From Podarcis pityusensis (lineage: Eukaryota), in NCBI GenBank assembly GCA_964106645.2, contig OZ067045.1: a DNA stretch of 64,000 nucleotides; one strand, given 5' to 3'. Both the position numbers and the translations under genes were made by a program. Position 1 is the stretch's first letter. Each line of letters begins with the position of its first letter. Below are positions 59,724 through 64,000 of this stretch, piece after piece. The notes under the pieces are model-generated. The model saw nothing but the letters and a program-made list of their open reading frames with translations. It was not told the DNA's origin and made no database searches.

Positions 59724-61720
59724 TTGTTGTTGTTGTTGTTTAGTCGTGTCCGACTCTTCGTGACCCCATGGACCAGAGCACGCCAGGTACTCCTGTCCTC
59801 CATTGCCTCCCGCAGTTTGGTCAAACTCATGTTAGTAGCTTCAAGAACACTGTCCAACCATCTCGTCCTTTGCCATCCCCTTCTCCTTGTGCCCTCAATC
59901 TTTCCCAACATCAGGGTCTTTTCCAGGGAGTCTTCTCTTCTCATGAGGTGGTCAAAGTATTGGAGCCTCAGCTTCAGCATCTGTCCTTCCAGTGAGCACT
60001 CCAGGCTGATTTCCTTCAGAATGGATAGGTTTGATCTTCTTGCAGTCCATGGGACTCTCAAGAGCACCAGAATTCAAAAGCACAATTCTTCGGCCATCAG
60101 CCTTCTTTATGGTCCAGCTTTCACTTCCATACATCACTACTGGGAAAACCATAGCTTTAACTATACGGACCTTTGTCAGCAAGGTGATGTCTCTGCTTTT
60201 TAAGATGCTGTCTAGGTTTGTCATTGCTTTTCTCCCAAGAAGCAGGCGTCTTTTAATTTCGTGACTGCTGTCACCATCTGCAGTGATCATGGAACCCACG
60301 AAAAGTAAAATCTCTCACTGCCTCCATTTCTTCCCCTTCTGTTTGCCAGGAGGTGATGGGACCAGATGGGACATGATCTTAGTTTTTTTGATGTTGAGCT
60401 TCAGACCATATTTTGTGCTCTCCTCTTTCACCCTCATCTAAAGGTTTTTTAATTCCTCCTCACTTTCTGCCATCAAGGCTGTGTCATCTGCGTATCTGAG
60501 GTTGTTGATATTTCTTTCGGCAATCTTAATTCCAGTTTGGGATTCATCCAGTCCAGCCTTTCGCATCATGAATTCTGCATATAAGTTAAATAAGCAGGGA
60601 GACAATATACAGCCTTGTTGTGCTCTTTTCCCAATTTTGAACCAATCAGTTGTTCCATATCCAGTTCTAACTGTAGCTTCTTGTCCCACATAGAGATTTC
60701 TCAGGAGACAGATGAGGTGATCAGGCACTCCCATTTCTTTAAGAACTTGCCATAGTTTGCTGTGGTTGACACAGTTAAATGCTTTTGTGTCTTTAATGAA
60801 GCAGAAGTAGATGTTTTTTCTGGAACTCTCTAGCTTTCTTCATAATCCATCACATGTTTGCAATTTGGTCTCTGGTTCCTCTGCCCCTTTGAAATCCAGC
60901 TTGCACTTATGGGAGTTCTTGGTCCAGATACTGCTTAAGCCTGCCATGTAGAATTTTAAGCATAACCTTGCTAGCATGTGAAATGAGTGCAGTTGTGCAG
61001 TAGTTGGAGCATTCTTTGGCACTGCCCTTCTTTGGGAGCAAGATGTAGACTGATCTTCTCCAATCCTCTGGCCACTGCTGAGTTTTCCAAACTTGCTGGC
61101 ATATTGAGTGTAGCACCTTAACAGCATTATCTTTTAAAAAATTTAATAGTTCAGCTGGAATATCATCACTTCCACTGTCCTTGTTATTAGCAGTGCTTTC
61201 TAAGGCCCATTTGACTTCACTCTCCAGGATGCCTGGCTCAAGGTCAGCAACCACACTACCTGGGGTGTATGAGACATCCATATCTTTCTGGTATAATTCC
61301 TCTGTGTATTCTTGCCACCTCTTCTTGATGTCTTCTGCTTCTGTTAGGTCCTTAGCACTTTTGTCCTTTATTATGGTAATCTTTGTACGAAAAGTTCCTT
61401 TCATATCTCCAATTTTCTTGAACAGATCTCTGGTTTTTCCCATTCTGTTGTTTTCCTCTGTTTCTTTGTATTGCTCGGCGGGCGAAGGCCCTCTTGTATC
61501 TCCTTGCTATTTTTCAGAAATCTGCATTCAATTTCCTGTATCTTTCACTATCTCCCTCGCATTTTGCTTGCCTTCCCCCGCTATTTGTAAGGCCTCGTTG
61601 GACAGCCACTTTGCTTTCTTGCATTTCCTTTTCATTGGGATGGTTTTTGTTGCTGCCTCCTGTATAATGTTACACGCCGCCATCCATAGTTCTTCAGGCA
61701 CTCTGTCCACCAAATCTAAA
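59724..61720 (-). mobile_element. ~2 kb 5'-truncated BovB (RTE) LINE with disrupted RT
   Basis: Fragmented ORFs encode LISHASKVMLKIL, QGCILSPCLFNLYAE, NLRYADDT and EDSLEKTLMLGKIEG; (CAA)n tail at 59724-59739; multiple frameshifts and stops. Confidence 0.95.
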
Positions 61721-62360
61721 GGTGGCTGTGCTTTGAAGGAAGCAGGGGCAAATTGCTCCCCATCCTCTTTTGGCCAGGGTCCGGCGGGCGATTGAGGCTG
61801 GCAGAATGGCAGTTTTTCCTAGAGCAGGAAGGAATAGCTGAGTCCCAGCAGGGTCCCTGGGGAAAGCTTGCCTCCCTTTCCCTTGGCTCTTCTCAAAGTG
61901 GAAAATGCACTTTATCCTCTGCATTTTAAGTTCTGGAAACCGAACCTTGAATTTGACAGCTGAGCTGTGTGTTTTCAGATGCTGACTTAAAACTTAAGAG
62001 TGTGAGAGTGTTCTCTCTCCCCCACCCTCCCAATTGGTTTTCAGTTCTAACATGATCCTGTTGGCTGCTCAGGTCAGCACACAAAATAGTTAGCTCATCA
62101 TAAACAGCTGTGCATCCAGCACAAAAAAGCAGTGGCTCAGTTCTGGCTGATGTTTCAGTAGCAGAGGATGCACATGCAAGGAGACAAAGGCTATGTACGC
62201 ATTAGAACAGAGGTTCCCAAACTTTTTTGGGCCACTCTTGGTTCTATAAATTCATCACTAGGGCCCCCTACGCTACCTTAAAAATAATCATCAGAATAGC
62301 TATTTGCACAATCCACTAAGGAAGAAACACAATAAAATTCAAAACAGTAACAATTAATTA

Positions 62361-62482
62361 ATAGAGCTGGAAAGAACCATGAGGGTCATCTAGTCCAACC
62401 CCTTGCAACGCAGGAATCTTTTGCCCAACATGAGATTCAAACCCACGCCCTTGCGATGCTGTACCAACTGAACTATCCAGGC
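62361..62482 (-). mobile_element. tRNA-Lys/CR1-tail SINE, apparently inside a Charlie-like MITE starting ~62208
   Basis: Reverse-complement relative of 33706-33848; upstream cagaggttcccaaactt is a hAT-type end. Confidence 0.6.
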
Positions 62483-62829
62483 AAAAACATGGTCTCAACA
62501 GAACTATAAACAGTTTTTCACTAATTTTCAAAGCATTTTTTAAAAGAACCCAAATCAACAGAAACATTATCGAATTAGCGAACCTGCAGATGCAAATGGA
62601 AGCAAAGCTATTTCAGCTGGAGCCATATGACTCAAATTGTTGCATTAAAACAGCAAAGGAAGGTTGAGAACAGATGTTTCTGTCTTGCTGGTGGGTTCTC
62701 ACTACAAGAGTGCCACAGCCTCTTTGATTGGGGCATCCTTTCTTCAGGCGTAGATGCCTGGGAAAGTGTCTGAGTACTCATAAAGACACTCAATTCTCTC
62801 TAGAAAGGATGGCCAAATCATTTGCATAT

Positions 62830-63000
62830 TCCATTTTTATTCTTCCTTCCACCAAGGGGCTCAGGGCTGCATTTATTGTTCTCTTCCATGGATCCACCCC
62901 ACCTGCCTTTCACTCTCCCAACAACTCCATGAGGTAGGACAGGTTGTGGAATCATGATAGGTCCAAGATTGCCCAGTTAGGGTCATGGCTTCATGGAGGA
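62830..63000 (-). mobile_element. Degenerate CORE/MIR-like SINE
   Basis: ccaacaactccatgaggtagg...gcttcatgg. Confidence 0.4.
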
Positions 63001-64000
63001 TTGTTGTATGAGAGTCTTTCCCAAAACTTGTTAAATTATCCCTGTACTGGGTAAGCCCAACTTTACAGAGGGAAAGCATTAAGACTGGTGCTGACTAGGC
63101 TGGTATATTAAATAAGCCCCTAGAGTTTTCCCTCCCACTCACCTTGAGATCACTCTATTTGGTTTGAAGGTGGGAAACTGAGGTAATGTGGACTCATCCA
63201 GGCTTACTTGGGCCCTTTTTTCTGGGGTCCGTACTTAGCTCTTTATTAGCTTCTTATCTCTCTCTCTTTTTTCTCTCCATGGCAAAGGAGAGAAATGGGG
63301 GTTGCTTTCCTGAAGGAGGATGCCTCATGCAGGAATGTGAGGAGAAGAACCATCTTCATCCTGTACAGACTCCCATTTGCCAAAACAAGGAGTAAACAAC
63401 ATATTTTTAAAATAAATGCTTTTTTCGAGTGCATGCAGCTGGTTGTTCTTCACCTAAAGCTGATGATAATCTTCTGGTCTCAAGTCATTACCATATTTTC
63501 CAGAGCAAAAGGATGATCTAAGAAGGAGATTATCATTCAACAGGCAGCAGAATACTTTAAAACACACACATACACACGAACACGTGAGCATCTTTGGGCA
63601 AATACCTATTATTCAAGGGGAAGAAAAGGAGAAAGAGGCATTCTTGCCAGTGGAATTGTCTACAAACACAGTCATTTCGAGGGGGTCAACAGCTCTTTCA
63701 GACCTTTAACCCCAAATTACTGACACTCTCATGAAGGTGAACACTGGCCTTTTTTTCTGGCTGGGCCCAGCCTCATCTGAGCTGCACTGGCAATTAGCCT
63801 TTCCAGGAAGAGAGAGCTCTAATAGCTGTTTCTTCTAAGTGCCTCATCATGATGGCAAATTAACTGGCGTGTGAGAGAGCAGCATTAGCTCTAATAACAT
63901 AGCTTTGATACATGCCCTGACCTTCCATCATGGGCGGGAGCGCAGGTCTCCAACCAGAGTTTGCTGCTGCTGCAGCCCGGTCTCAAGGAGGCAATTGGGG

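Noticed and set aside
59724-61720. Active BovB reverse transcriptase gene
   Set aside because: 5'-truncated with frameshifts, stops and a small internal deletion near 60065.

Overview
Repeat-rich squamate genomic DNA, most likely from a lacertid lizard: it carries Sauria/Squam1, Squam2 and Squam3 SINEs, a tRNA-Lys/CR1-tail SINE, BovB and CR1. There is one supportable host gene. The first coding exon of the kainate receptor GRIK3 lies on the minus strand at 42756-42597 (46-aa leader, then MPHVIRI-G and a GT donor) inside a ~2.2 kb CpG island. The ORF track misses it because intron read-through stops after 55 codons. Positions 1-42596 are inferred to be GRIK3 intron 1 (exon 2 was not recognised), and 44-64 kb is upstream sequence with no recognisable gene. 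The rest is transposon debris: CR1, L2, L1-clade and BovB LINEs, SINEs, three solo LTRs with 5-bp TSDs, many hAT and Tc1/Tigger-like MITEs, and microsatellites. Most notable are a CCAAT-multimerised solo LTR in sense orientation in the intron, a CR1>BovB>LTR triple nest, a proline-rich uORF, tandem RE1-like sites, overlapping splice donors and a SOX:POU enhancer candidate. I do not see a demonstrably new biological system; these are hypotheses. Family names come from recall of consensus sequences, not from a database search.
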